NCBI GenBank assembly: GCA_034004425.1
Contig: JAVEWT010000001.1
Span: forward strand, 1-43,975
Source: Methylophilaceae bacterium
GTDB lineage: Bacteria > Pseudomonadota > Gammaproteobacteria > Burkholderiales > Methylophilaceae
Direction of reading: 5' to 3'
Length of the DNA stretch: 43,975 bases
This document shows, one piece after another, positions 22,871-32,832 of this stretch. The notes beneath the pieces were generated by a model. The model ran no database searches, was not told the DNA's origin, and saw only the letters and a list, made by a program, of their open reading frames with translations. Position numbers and translations under genes: made by a program. Within the stretch, counting starts at the first letter, position 1. Each line of letters starts with the position of its first letter.

Positions 22871-23278
22871 ATGGCCAAAAACATCAAACAACACCCGCCG
22901 GTTTGCCCTTGCGGCAGCAACAAACCCTACGACGACTGCTGTCGCCCATACCATGTCGGTCTGGCCGCCCCCTCGGCAGAAGCGCTGATGCGATCACGTT
23001 ACTCGGCTTATGTTTTTCAGCTTGAGGAATATCTTCTGCAAACCTGGCACCCGGACACCAGGCCAGAGCGGCTCGGCCTGGAAAATGACCCCCAGCCGAA
23101 ATGGCTGGGCTTGTCAGTCAAACGCCATGAGCTTATGAGATCCGATGCCGCCATCGTGGAGTTTGTCGCACGTTACAAGCTCGGCGGAAAAGCCGAAAAA
23201 CTGCATGAAACCAGCAGTTTTCTCAAAATTGACGATAGCTGGTTTTATTTTGACGACGCAGGTTCCAGCAACAGCTGA
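22871..23278 (+). CDS. ychJ: YchJ family (SEC-C motif plus NTF2-like domain)
   Basis: CPCGS...CC, AEALMRSRYSAY, YLLQTWHP, VEFVARY, LHETS. Confidence 0.93.
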   Translation: MAKNIKQHPPVCPCGSNKPYDDCCRPYHVGLAAPSAEALMRSRYSAYVFQLEEYLLQTWHPDTRPERLGLENDPQPKWLGLSVKRHELMRSDAAIVEFVARYKLGGKAEKLHETSSFLKIDDSWFYFDDAGSSNS

Positions 23279-23281
23279 AAT

Positions 23282-23851
23282 TCAAGCGTCACTGAATGCC
23301 TCGCACAACATGCTCAGCAAGGCCCCCAGCATGGGAATCACCTCTTCCTTGTCGAACGGCGCCTCTTCATCCGTGCCGGCGATCAGGAATGCGATTGTCG
23401 CCTTGTCCAGATCCTGGCGATAATCGACCCAGTGCTCCTGCTTGGCGTCGGCAATCAGCTGGAACTTGCGCGCACCTGACTCGATGATTTCCGCCAACTC
23501 CTCATCCGCCAGACCGGCGAACAGCGTCTTGGCGACGATCACGGCCGTCGCCTCGGTATCCGGCGCGACACCTTCCTCGGCCAACGGCAGCATCAGGAAC
23601 GCGTAAATCAGCATCGCGTAGGTGTGATACACGCTCAGCATGTCGAAATTCTCGACCCGCTCGTCGGCCGGCGAGCGCTCCGCCTGCTGGATCGCCTTGA
23701 ACGCCAGGTAGCAGGCCAGATAATTGGCTGCCTCAAGCGGATCGTAATCCTGCAGATTGGCGCTGGGGATGGCGCTCGGGTTCTGGCTGACATCGCGGCC
23801 GTCGTTCAGGCAAAGCGCGTAAAGCAGACTGAGGCGTTCTGAATATTTCAT
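23282..23851 (-). CDS. Hypothetical acidic, helical protein
   Basis: 189-aa ORF starting 15 bp after the ABC-F stop; coding-like codon usage; no recognised motif. Confidence 0.75.
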   Translation of the reverse strand: MKYSERLSLLYALCLNDGRDVSQNPSAIPSANLQDYDPLEAANYLACYLAFKAIQQAERSPADERVENFDMLSVYHTYAMLIYAFLMLPLAEEGVAPDTEATAVIVAKTLFAGLADEELAEIIESGARKFQLIADAKQEHWVDYRQDLDKATIAFLIAGTDEEAPFDKEEVIPMLGALLSMLCEAFSDA

Positions 23852-23866
23852 ATCGGTTCCTAGTGA

Positions 23867-25765
23867 TTAAGTCGGCATGGCTTCCAGCTGTTCCTGCAAT
23901 TCCAGCCATCGTTCTTCGGCCTGTGCGATCAGTTGCGTCAGCTCGGACTGACGCTTGAGCAGAGCCTGCAGGCCGGACTTGTCGGCAGCATTATAAAGTG
24001 CGGGGTCGGACAAGCGTTCGTCAAGCTGGCTCTTTTCCTGCTGCCAGTGCGCCATATCGGCCTCCAGCTTTTCCGACTCCTTGATCAACGGGCGGCGTTC
24101 GGCCAGCCGCGCCTGCCGCTCAGCCTTGTTTTGCGCGCGCTCGTTCCTGCCGGCCGGCTTGTCTGCCGCAGGTTTTTCCTCGCGCTTCGAAGCAGCTTCC
24201 TGAGTGGCGAGCCAGTCGCGGTAATCGTCGATGTCGCCATCGAACAATTCGGCCTTGCCGTCCGCCACCAGAATGAAGCGGTCGCAACTGGCGCGCAGCA
24301 GTGCGCGATCATGCGACACCAGCACCATGCCGCCCTCGTAATCCTGCAGCGCCATGGTCAGGGCATGGCGCATCTCCAGATCCAGATGGTTGGTCGGCTC
24401 GTCCAGCAACAGCAGGTTGGGCTGCTGCCAGATCAGCAAGGCCAGTGCCAGCCGCGATTTCTCGCCGCCGGAGAATCCTTCGCAGGGCGTTGTCGCCATG
24501 TCGCCGCGGAAATCGAAACCGCCGAGATAGTTGCGGTGCTCCTGTTCCCGCGTCTGCGGGTCCAGCCGCAGCATGTGCTGCAACGGCGATTCGTCTGGGC
24601 GCAATTGTTCCAGTTGATGCTGGGCGAAATAGCCGATGGCGAGATCCTTGCCTTCGGTGCGCTTGCCCCGCAAAGGCTTTAGCTCGGCCGCCAGCAACTT
24701 GATCAGCGTGGATTTGCCGGCACCGTTGCGGCCGAGCAAGCCAATGCGCTCGCCCGGGCGTATGGTCAGCTTGATCCGGCTCAGCACCGTGCGGTCGGCA
24801 TAGCCGGCATCGACCTCGTCCAGCACCAGCAGCGGGTCGGGTGCCGCCCGCAGTTTTCTGAAGCCGAAACTGAACGGCGAATCGACATGCGCCGCCGAGA
24901 TCAGCTCCATGCGCTCCAGCGCCTTGATGCGGCTTTGCGCCTGCCGCGCCTTCGTCGCCTTGGCGCGGAAGCGGTCGATATAGCTTTGCAGGTGAGCCAC
25001 CTCGCGCTGCTGCCGCTCGTACAGCGACTGCTGCTGCGCCAGTTTTTCGGCGCGCTGCCGCTCGAAATCCGAATATCCGCCACGGTACAGCGTCAGTTGC
25101 TGCTGCTCGATATGGGCGATGTGGTTGACCACGGCATCGAGAAAATCGCGGTCGTGCGAAATCATCAGCAAGGTGCCGCGATAATTCTTGAGCCAGTTCT
25201 CCAGCCAGATGACGGCGTCGAGATCGAGGTGATTGGTCGGCTCATCCAGCAAAAGCAGATCCGAACGGCACATCAGCGCCCGCGCCAGATTGAGCCTGAC
25301 GCGCCAGCCGCCGGAAAAGTCGGCAACCGGACGCGCCATGTCCGCGTCGCTGAAACCGAGGCCATGCAGCAGGGCAGCGGCACGCGGACGCGCAGTGTAG
25401 CCGCCGATGTCGCCGAAACGGGCGTGCAGCTCGCCCAGTCGCGCACCGTCATGCGCCAGTTCAGCCTCCGCGATCGCCTGCTCGACACTGCGCAGTTCGC
25501 GATCGCCGTCCAGCACGAACTCGATGGCGGCATCGGGCAAGGCCGGCGTCTCCTGCGCGACATGCGCCAGCACCCAGTCCGGCGGCATCTCCAGCTCGCC
25601 GGATTCGTGATGCAGCTCGCCCAGCAACATGGCGAACAGGCTGGACTTGCCGGCACCGTTGGCACCGGTCAGGCCGACCTTGTGTCCGGGATGCAACTGA
25701 AAGGAAGCATCGCGGACCAGGACCTTGACGCCGCGCGCCAGCGTGAGATTTTTGAATTGAAGCAA
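23867..25765 (-). CDS. ABC-F family ATPase (YheS-like)
   Basis: Two ABC domains (GANGAGKS, FSGGW, LLLDEPTNHLD; GRNGAGKS, FSGGEK), no TM domain, C-terminal coiled coil. Confidence 0.93.
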   Translation of the reverse strand: MLQFKNLTLARGVKVLVRDASFQLHPGHKVGLTGANGAGKSSLFAMLLGELHHESGELEMPPDWVLAHVAQETPALPDAAIEFVLDGDRELRSVEQAIAEAELAHDGARLGELHARFGDIGGYTARPRAAALLHGLGFSDADMARPVADFSGGWRVRLNLARALMCRSDLLLLDEPTNHLDLDAVIWLENWLKNYRGTLLMISHDRDFLDAVVNHIAHIEQQQLTLYRGGYSDFERQRAEKLAQQQSLYERQQREVAHLQSYIDRFRAKATKARQAQSRIKALERMELISAAHVDSPFSFGFRKLRAAPDPLLVLDEVDAGYADRTVLSRIKLTIRPGERIGLLGRNGAGKSTLIKLLAAELKPLRGKRTEGKDLAIGYFAQHQLEQLRPDESPLQHMLRLDPQTREQEHRNYLGGFDFRGDMATTPCEGFSGGEKSRLALALLIWQQPNLLLLDEPTNHLDLEMRHALTMALQDYEGGMVLVSHDRALLRASCDRFILVADGKAELFDGDIDDYRDWLATQEAASKREEKPAADKPAGRNERAQNKAERQARLAERRPLIKESEKLEADMAHWQQEKSQLDERLSDPALYNAADKSGLQALLKRQSELTQLIAQAEERWLELQEQLEAMPT

Positions 25766-25959
25766 GATTCGGACTGACTGGATTCTGAATGAATTAAAGA
25801 CCGGCTCGATGTCGGCACATACGGACTAAGCGCGTTATTCTAAAACAAAGCGCGACAATCGCCGGAACTTTCTGATTTATCTGGGCCGGAGGCCGCGAAC
25901 ACCGGCAATATTGCAGTAAAATGCACAGGCACATCACACCTTAGCGCAAGCAGCAAGCA

Positions 25960-28900
25960 ATGGTCAAAAAATCACTGATCTGGACATACAGGGCCGCAAT
26001 CACTGCGCTGTGGCTGTCCATCATCGCGCTGGCGCTCGCCATCCTCAGCCTGCGCTATTTCGTGCTGCCGAACATCGAACACTACAGGGAACAGATCGCC
26101 GCCAGCATCAGCCAGTCGGTCGGCCGCAAAATCACCATCGGCCATATCGATGCAAGCTGGAACGGCATGAACCCCCATCTCAGCATGCGCCAGGTTGCGA
26201 TCTACGACGCCGAGCACCGCATGGCACTGACGCTGCATGAGGTCGAGACCAGTCTCTCCTGGCTCAGCATCGTCTCGCTAGAGCCCAAACTGGCCGCCCT
26301 CGTCGTTCAGGGGCCGGTCGTGTCCGTGCGCCGCGAGGCCGACGGTACCTTGGTCGTGGCCGGCATCCGCATGGGCGGCCAGTCCGAACCGGATCTGGCC
26401 AACTGGGTTCTGCGCCAGTCACGCATCGATATCGTCGATGCCACCGTACTCTGGCAGGACGACCTGCGCCAGGCGCCGGCACTGACGCTGAACGATCTGC
26501 AGCTGACTGTGGAAAACCCGGTGCTGGAGCGACTCATCAATCGCCACCGCTTTGCACTGAAGGCGACACCCTCGGCAGGATCCTCGCACCCGGTCGAACT
26601 GCGCGGCAATGTCTACGGCAGCGATCTTGGCAAACTCAAGGACTGGAGCGGTACCCTCTATGGCCGCATGGACGGTACCGATATCGCCGCGTGGCGCCAG
26701 TGGCTGGATTTTCCCTTTGAACTGAACCAGGGCTTCGGCGCCACACGCTTCTGGCTGGACTTCTCGGACGGTGCAGTCGATCGCCTGACTTCGGATGTCA
26801 TTCTGCAGAAAGTGCGCGCCCGGCTCGCCAGGGACCGTGAAGAAGCGCGACTGGAGAAACTGAGCGCCCGCATGATCTGGTCGCGACAGACTGACGGCCA
26901 GACGGTCGACCTGCGGCGCATCAAACTCACGGACAACAACGGCCTGCAACTGGAAGACGGCACATTCAGCGTGCGCACCAGACTGCTGCAGGGCAAGGAA
27001 ACGATGGAGGGCCGCGTAGAACTGGAGCAGGTCAATCTGGCCGCCATCAACAGCCTGGCCCGCCACCTGCCGCTACCGGAAAAGACTGCCGAACACCTGC
27101 GAGAGCTGGCACCGGCCGGCATTGTCAGCAACCTCGACCTGCGCTGGAAAGGCGACCGCGCGCAGTTCAACGAATACGACATCGGCATGCAATTCAAGAA
27201 CCTCGGCATCCGCGCATACAAGGAGGTTCCGGGCTTCAGCAACTTGAGCGGCAAGCTCAACGCCGACGAGAAACAGGGCACCATCACCATCAATTCCCAG
27301 CAGGCTGCGGTCGACATCAAGGATGTCATGCGCTGGCCCATCCCTGCCGAGAAATTGACCGGCATCGTCAAATGGAGCCACCACGCGCAAGGCACCGACG
27401 TCCGCGTCAGCAACCTCACCATCAGCGGCCCACACCTCGATGGCGTAATCAACGCCAGCTACAGGCACGGCATCAACACACCGTCCAGCATCGAACTGAA
27501 CGGCCGCTTCGAACGCGGCGACGGCAAATATGCCCCGTTCTATTACCCGATCATGCTGGGCAAGGACACGCTGGACTGGCTCGACAGCTCGATCGTTTCC
27601 GGCGATGTGTCGGATATCCACGTCATCGTGCGCGGCCGCCTTGACCAGTTCCCCTACACCGACCCCAAGCAGGGACTGTTCAAGGTCACCGCCAGGCTGA
27701 AGAATGGCCTGCTGGATTATGCGGAGGGCTGGCCCCGCATCGAGAACCTCAGCCTCGACATGCTGTTCCAGGGTTCGCGCATGGAACTGACGGCGGACGG
27801 CGGCAACATTCTGGGCAACCGGTTCAAGACGGTCAAGGCGGTGATCCCGGTTCTGGATGCCGACGAGCCAATACTGGAGATCAGCGGCCAGACCGAAGGT
27901 CAGGTCAGCGACGGCATACGCTTCGTCAACAACAGCCCGGTGCTGGAACTGACGGACGGCCTGACCAACAGCATGCGTACCACGGGCAACGGCAAACTCG
28001 ATCTGCAACTGGCGATCCCGCTGGAAAACGTCGATGCCAGCAAGATCAAAGGCAGTTACGAGATCATGAACGCCAGCATGAGCGCCCCCTCGATTCCGGA
28101 TCTTAACCGCATCAACGGCAAGCTAGATTTCACCGAATCCGGCATCAGCGCCAAAAACATCAGCGCCAGCGTCTACGGCGGTCCGGCCCGCCTCGATATC
28201 AGCAGCGGCGAAAACCGCCTGGTCAGGGTAGCCGCACGCGGCAATATCAGCGATGCAGGCATCCGCAGCGCGCTCGGCAGCAAACTCGGCAATCTGGTCA
28301 GCGGCAACGCCGACTGGTTCGGCGACATCAGCATCCGACCGCAACAGGTGAACGTCACCATCCGTTCAAGCCTGGCCGGCCTCGCGCTGGACCTGCCGCA
28401 ACCAATCGGCAAGAGCGCCGACGAAAAGATGCCCTTGCGCATCGAGAAACGCCAGCAGGCACCGAAACAGGACACGATCGTCATCAGCATGGCCAACCAG
28501 ATTTCGGCCCAGATACTGCGCAACGAGATCGACGGCGCCTACCAGGTCGACCGCGGCCAGATCGGCATCAATCTGCTGCCGGAGATTCCGGCACAACCCG
28601 GACTGGAAGTGCGCGGCAGCTTCGAGCAACTCGATCTCGACCAATGGCTGGCGGTGCTGGAAAAGATCAAGGACACGGATGGCGGCGGCTCCACGCAACC
28701 GGCAGCGTTTCCGGTGCAGCGCGTCAACATGGCGGTCGGAACGCTGGACGTCTTCGAGCGCCGCATAAACGGGCTGAAACTTGATGCCAACAAGGTGGAT
28801 GACGGCTGGCAGATGCAGTTGCAAAGCCGCGAAATGAACGGCGACCTGCGCTGGATCAGCAAGGATAACGGCAAGGTCGTCGCCAGACTGCGCAACCTGA

Positions 28901-29793
28901 CCGTACCGGGCAAGTCACCGCAAGTCGGCGAGCCCGCGCAGGAAAGCAAGAAGCTGGAATACCCGGACCTCGATATCGTCGCCGACAGCTTCACCTTCGG
29001 CCAGAAGGAGCTCGGCCGGCTGGAATTGCGCGCCAGCGAAGTGCGCGAGGACTGGCATATCGACCAGCTCAAGATCAGCAATCCGGACAGCATCCTGACC
29101 GCCAGCGGCGAATGGCACAACTGGCGGCGCAATCCCAATACGCAGATGAACGTCGACTGGGAGATCAACCAACTCGGCAACACGCTGGCCCGCTTCGGCT
29201 ACCCGGACGTCATCCGCGACGGCAGCAGCAAGCTGAACGGCAGATTGCGCTGGCCCGGCAGTCCGCACGAATTCAACGTCGAGCAGCTTTCGGGCACCAT
29301 CTCGCTCGATGCGCGCAGCGGCCAGATCCTGAAAATCAAGCCCGGGGTTGGTCGGCTGTTCAGCGTGCTCACTCTGCAGAACCTGCCGCGACGGCTGACC
29401 CTGGATTTCCGCGACGTGCTGAGCAGCGGCTTCACCTTCGACAAGATCAGCTCGAGCGCCGAAATCAACCAGGGCATCATGCGCAGCGACGACTTTCTGC
29501 TCGAGGGCCCTGTAGCCAAAATCGAGATCAAGGGCGAAACCGACCTGAAAAAGGAGACCCAGCAACTCCGGGTCAAGGTCACGCCCTACATCAGCGACAG
29601 CGTCTCGCTGGCCGCCCTGGCCGGCGGCCCGGCCGTGGCCGCTGCCGCCTTCATCGCGCAGAAACTGCTGAAGGACCCGCTGAACAAGTTCGCCGCCGAG
29701 GAGTATGCGATCAGCGGCACCTGGGATGAGCCGGTGGAGCAGAAGATCGACAAGAACCCGGACGAGACGGTGAGGAAAATTCCGGGCCAGTAA
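25960..29793 (+). CDS. yhdP: YhdP, AsmA-like lipid bridge protein
   Basis: 1277 aa; N-terminal TM then LRYFVLPNIEHYR; C-terminal LPRRLTLDFRD and YAISGTWDEP; upstream of nitrilase-tldD. Confidence 0.92.
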   Translation: MVKKSLIWTYRAAITALWLSIIALALAILSLRYFVLPNIEHYREQIAASISQSVGRKITIGHIDASWNGMNPHLSMRQVAIYDAEHRMALTLHEVETSLSWLSIVSLEPKLAALVVQGPVVSVRREADGTLVVAGIRMGGQSEPDLANWVLRQSRIDIVDATVLWQDDLRQAPALTLNDLQLTVENPVLERLINRHRFALKATPSAGSSHPVELRGNVYGSDLGKLKDWSGTLYGRMDGTDIAAWRQWLDFPFELNQGFGATRFWLDFSDGAVDRLTSDVILQKVRARLARDREEARLEKLSARMIWSRQTDGQTVDLRRIKLTDNNGLQLEDGTFSVRTRLLQGKETMEGRVELEQVNLAAINSLARHLPLPEKTAEHLRELAPAGIVSNLDLRWKGDRAQFNEYDIGMQFKNLGIRAYKEVPGFSNLSGKLNADEKQGTITINSQQAAVDIKDVMRWPIPAEKLTGIVKWSHHAQGTDVRVSNLTISGPHLDGVINASYRHGINTPSSIELNGRFERGDGKYAPFYYPIMLGKDTLDWLDSSIVSGDVSDIHVIVRGRLDQFPYTDPKQGLFKVTARLKNGLLDYAEGWPRIENLSLDMLFQGSRMELTADGGNILGNRFKTVKAVIPVLDADEPILEISGQTEGQVSDGIRFVNNSPVLELTDGLTNSMRTTGNGKLDLQLAIPLENVDASKIKGSYEIMNASMSAPSIPDLNRINGKLDFTESGISAKNISASVYGGPARLDISSGENRLVRVAARGNISDAGIRSALGSKLGNLVSGNADWFGDISIRPQQVNVTIRSSLAGLALDLPQPIGKSADEKMPLRIEKRQQAPKQDTIVISMANQISAQILRNEIDGAYQVDRGQIGINLLPEIPAQPGLEVRGSFEQLDLDQWLAVLEKIKDTDGGGSTQPAAFPVQRVNMAVGTLDVFERRINGLKLDANKVDDGWQMQLQSREMNGDLRWISKDNGKVVARLRNLTVPGKSPQVGEPAQESKKLEYPDLDIVADSFTFGQKELGRLELRASEVREDWHIDQLKISNPDSILTASGEWHNWRRNPNTQMNVDWEINQLGNTLARFGYPDVIRDGSSKLNGRLRWPGSPHEFNVEQLSGTISLDARSGQILKIKPGVGRLFSVLTLQNLPRRLTLDFRDVLSSGFTFDKISSSAEINQGIMRSDDFLLEGPVAKIEIKGETDLKKETQQLRVKVTPYISDSVSLAALAGGPAVAAAAFIAQKLLKDPLNKFAAEEYAISGTWDEPVEQKIDKNPDETVRKIPGQ

Positions 29794-29858
29794 GGCATAC
29801 TGTCCATATCGCAGAAACAAGTACTGACAAAGCATTCAATCCAGCAAGAAAGAACATC

Positions 29859-30719
29859 ATGGCAATCAAATCCAGGGGCAAACAGACCAGAACATCCAAG
29901 ACCAAGGCCGTGCCGAGCATGACCAGGATCGCCGGCATTCAGATGGCATCAGGACCAAACGTCTCCTCCAATCTGAGCGAAGCGGAACGGCTGATCGAAA
30001 TAGCGGTCAATCAGGGTGCCAAGCTGGTCGCCTTGCCGGAATATTTCGCCATCATGGGCATGAAGGACACGGACAAGGTCGCAGCCCGCGAAACCGAGGG
30101 TAACGGCCCGATCCAGCGTTTTCTGGCGAAGACTGCGAAAAAACACCAGATCTGGATCATCGCCGGTTCGGTCCCGCTCGAGTGCGGCAGCAAGAACAAG
30201 GTTCGCAACAGCTGCCTGGTCTATGACGACAAGGGCAAACAGGTGGCCCGTTATGACAAGATCCATCTGTTCGGACTCGACCTCGGCAACGAGCACTACC
30301 GCGAGGAGGACACCATCGAACCGGGCGGCGAAGTGGTGACGCTGGACACGCCTTTCGGCAAGATCGGCCTGTCCATCTGTTACGACCTGCGCTTCCCCGA
30401 GCTTTACCGCGCCATGGGCCCGGTCGATATCATCGTGGTGCCGGCCGCCTTCACCGAAACCACCGGCAAGGCACACTGGGAAACGCTGGTGCGCGCCCGC
30501 GCCATCGAAAACCTGGCCTATGTGCTGGCGCCGGCGCAAGGCGGCTACCACACCTCGGGGCGCGAGACCCATGGCGACAGCATGATCGTCGACCCCTGGG
30601 GCGTGGTGCTGGACCGTCTGCCGCGCGGCTCCGGTGTCGTGCTGGCGACCATCAACCCGGGTTACCTGGCCAGCCTGCGCAAGAGCTTGCCGGCACTGAA
30701 GCACCGTAGCCTGCCCTAG
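29859..30719 (+). CDS. Carbon-nitrogen hydrolase (Nit1 / deaminated glutathione amidase-like)
   Basis: Triad motifs LPEYF, YDKIHLF, ICYDLRFPE; RARAIEN. Confidence 0.92.
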   Translation: MAIKSRGKQTRTSKTKAVPSMTRIAGIQMASGPNVSSNLSEAERLIEIAVNQGAKLVALPEYFAIMGMKDTDKVAARETEGNGPIQRFLAKTAKKHQIWIIAGSVPLECGSKNKVRNSCLVYDDKGKQVARYDKIHLFGLDLGNEHYREEDTIEPGGEVVTLDTPFGKIGLSICYDLRFPELYRAMGPVDIIVVPAAFTETTGKAHWETLVRARAIENLAYVLAPAQGGYHTSGRETHGDSMIVDPWGVVLDRLPRGSGVVLATINPGYLASLRKSLPALKHRSLP

Positions 30720-30822
30720 AGGTAGCCGGCATCATGAGCCGAGAATCATGATTTTTCTTATTATCTATTGATATATAAATTGCTATAGTTTATTTAAATC
30801 AAACTGCACAGAGCCCCAACAC

Positions 30823-32298
30823 ATGAAGCCTGATTCGATTCCCAGCAGTTCCAGCCCGGCGGCAGGTTCGCATTTCACCACCGCGACCGAGACGCTTCTC
30901 AAGCCTTCCGGCCTCGATATCCCGGCACTGCAAAACGTGCTCGGCAGCATCATGTCGCACAAGGTGGATTACGCCGACCTCTATTTCCAGTACAGCCGTT
31001 CGGAAAGCTGGGGGCTGGAAGAAGGCCAGGTCAAGTCCGGCAACTTCAATATCGACCAGGGCGTCGGCGTGCGCGCCGTCAGCGGCGAAAAGACCGCCTT
31101 CGCCTATTCCGACGACATCCATCTGCCGGCACTGCAACAGGCGGCGCAAGCCACCCGCGCCATTGCCGCATCCGGCAATGAGCAATCCGGCCAGTCCATA
31201 CAGCGCATCAGCGCGCCGCAGCTTTACGTCCCACAGGACCCGATCGCCTCGCTCAGCGCCGAGGCCAAGGTCAGACTGCTGGAGCGGCTGGAAAAATTCG
31301 CACGCAAGGCCGACCCGCGCGTGACGCAGGTCATGGCCTCGATCGCCGGCGAATACGAAGTCATCATGGTCGCTCGCCACGACGGCGTCATGGCCGCCGA
31401 CATCCGGCCGCTGGTACGTCTCTCGATCCAGGTCATCGCCGAACAGAACGGCCGCCGCGAGCAGGGCTCGGCCGGCGGCGGCGGCCGCTTCGACTACAGC
31501 TATTTCACCGACGAAGTGCTGCAGGACTATGCGCAGAAGGCCGTGCATCAGGCGCTGGTCAATCTGGATGCGCGTCCTGCCCCGGCCGGCAGCATGACCG
31601 TGGTACTCGGTTCCGGCTGGCCCGGCATTCTGCTGCACGAAGCCATCGGCCATGGGCTGGAAGGCGACTTCAACCGCAAGGGCAGCTCCGCTTTCAGCAA
31701 TGCCATCGGCCAGCAGGTCGCAGCCAGGGGCGTCACCGTGGTCGATGACGGCACCATCGCCAACCGTCGCGGTTCACTGAGCGTGGACGACGAAGGCAAC
31801 CCGACTCAGCGTACGGTGCTGATCGAGGACGGCATCCTGCGCGGCTACATCCAGGACAGTCTCAACGCGCGCCTGATGGGCATGCCGCTGACCGGTAATG
31901 CACGGCGCGAATCCTATGCGCATATCCCGATGCCGCGCATGACCAACACCTATATGCTTAACGGCACCATGGCGCCGGAGGAAATCATCAAGTCGGTGAA
32001 GAAAGGCCTCTACGCCGTCAACTTCGGCGGCGGCCAGGTCGACATCACCAGCGGCAAGTTCGTCTTCTCCGCGGCGGAAGCCTGGATGATCGAGGACGGC
32101 AAGCTGACCTACCCGGTCAAGGGCGCCACATTGATTGGAAACGGCCCGGACGTTTTGAAGCGGGTTTCCATGATCGGCAACGACATGGCGCTCGATACCG
32201 GCGTCGGCACCTGCGGCAAGGAAGGTCAGAGCGTACCGGTCGGCGTCGGCCAGCCGACCCTGCGTATCGACGGGCTCACTGTAGGTGGAACAGTTTAG
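30823..32298 (+). CDS. tldD: Metalloprotease TldD
   Basis: [28 protein letters not shown]. Confidence 0.96.
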   Translation: MKPDSIPSSSSPAAGSHFTTATETLLKPSGLDIPALQNVLGSIMSHKVDYADLYFQYSRSESWGLEEGQVKSGNFNIDQGVGVRAVSGEKTAFAYSDDIHLPALQQAAQATRAIAASGNEQSGQSIQRISAPQLYVPQDPIASLSAEAKVRLLERLEKFARKADPRVTQVMASIAGEYEVIMVARHDGVMAADIRPLVRLSIQVIAEQNGRREQGSAGGGGRFDYSYFTDEVLQDYAQKAVHQALVNLDARPAPAGSMTVVLGSGWPGILLHEAIGHGLEGDFNRKGSSAFSNAIGQQVAARGVTVVDDGTIANRRGSLSVDDEGNPTQRTVLIEDGILRGYIQDSLNARLMGMPLTGNARRESYAHIPMPRMTNTYMLNGTMAPEEIIKSVKKGLYAVNFGGGQVDITSGKFVFSAAEAWMIEDGKLTYPVKGATLIGNGPDVLKRVSMIGNDMALDTGVGTCGKEGQSVPVGVGQPTLRIDGLTVGGTV

Positions 32299-32377
32299 AT
32301 TATTGGAGTTATCATCTGTCCTGAAGGTTACCGCTTTCATCATCAGCAGCATGAAGTCCTCAACGAAAGGAACTGAG

Positions 32378-32662
32378 ATGGCTACACCCAAGGCAACAAC
32401 TGCAAAAACCACCAGCAAACCCGCAGCGGCCAAAAAACCGGCAGCGCCCAAGACTGCAGCCGCAAAAAAGCCCGCAGCAGCAAAGAAACCGGCAGCACCG
32501 AGAAAGACCGCCGCCAAGAAACCCACTGTCGGCCCTGAAGAACGCTACCGCATGATCGAAGTGGCCGCTTATTTCCTGGCGGAACGCAACGGCTTTGCGG
32601 GCAGCCCGGTCGATTACTGGACTGCCGCCGAAATCCAGATCAGCAAGCTGCTCGCCAAATAA
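32378..32662 (+). CDS. Histone H1-like Lys/Ala/Pro N-terminus plus DUF2934 domain
   Basis: Start re-assigned to MATPKA (AAAGGA RBS); C-terminus ERYRMIEVAAYFLAERNGF..DYWTAAE. Confidence 0.85.
   Translation: MATPKATTAKTTSKPAAAKKPAAPKTAAAKKPAAAKKPAAPRKTAAKKPTVGPEERYRMIEVAAYFLAERNGFAGSPVDYWTAAEIQISKLLAK
32417..32524 (+). repeat. In-frame low-complexity tandem repeat (two 17-aa KPAAAKKPAAP units)
   Basis: KPAAAKKPAAPKTAAAK / KPAAAKKPAAPRKTAAK / KP. Confidence 0.8.
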
Positions 32663-32832
32663 TCACGGTGCCGGGCCGCGCCCCGGCTCTCCGAGCGCCA
32701 GCAAGCGCGCCGTCCTCTCCAAAGCGCATGCGCCCTGGCCTTGGACTACTGAATCAGGTCCAGCTGAATTAGCCCTTGCCGGCAGGCAGCGGCTATAATT
32801 CCGCATTCACATTTTCCAGCCGTCACCTCCCC

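Noticed and set aside
30823-32298. tldD as a marker of a RiPP/microcin cluster
   Set aside because: It sits in the ordinary yhdP-nitrilase-tldD context, with no YcaO, radical SAM enzyme, transporter or adjacent precursor.
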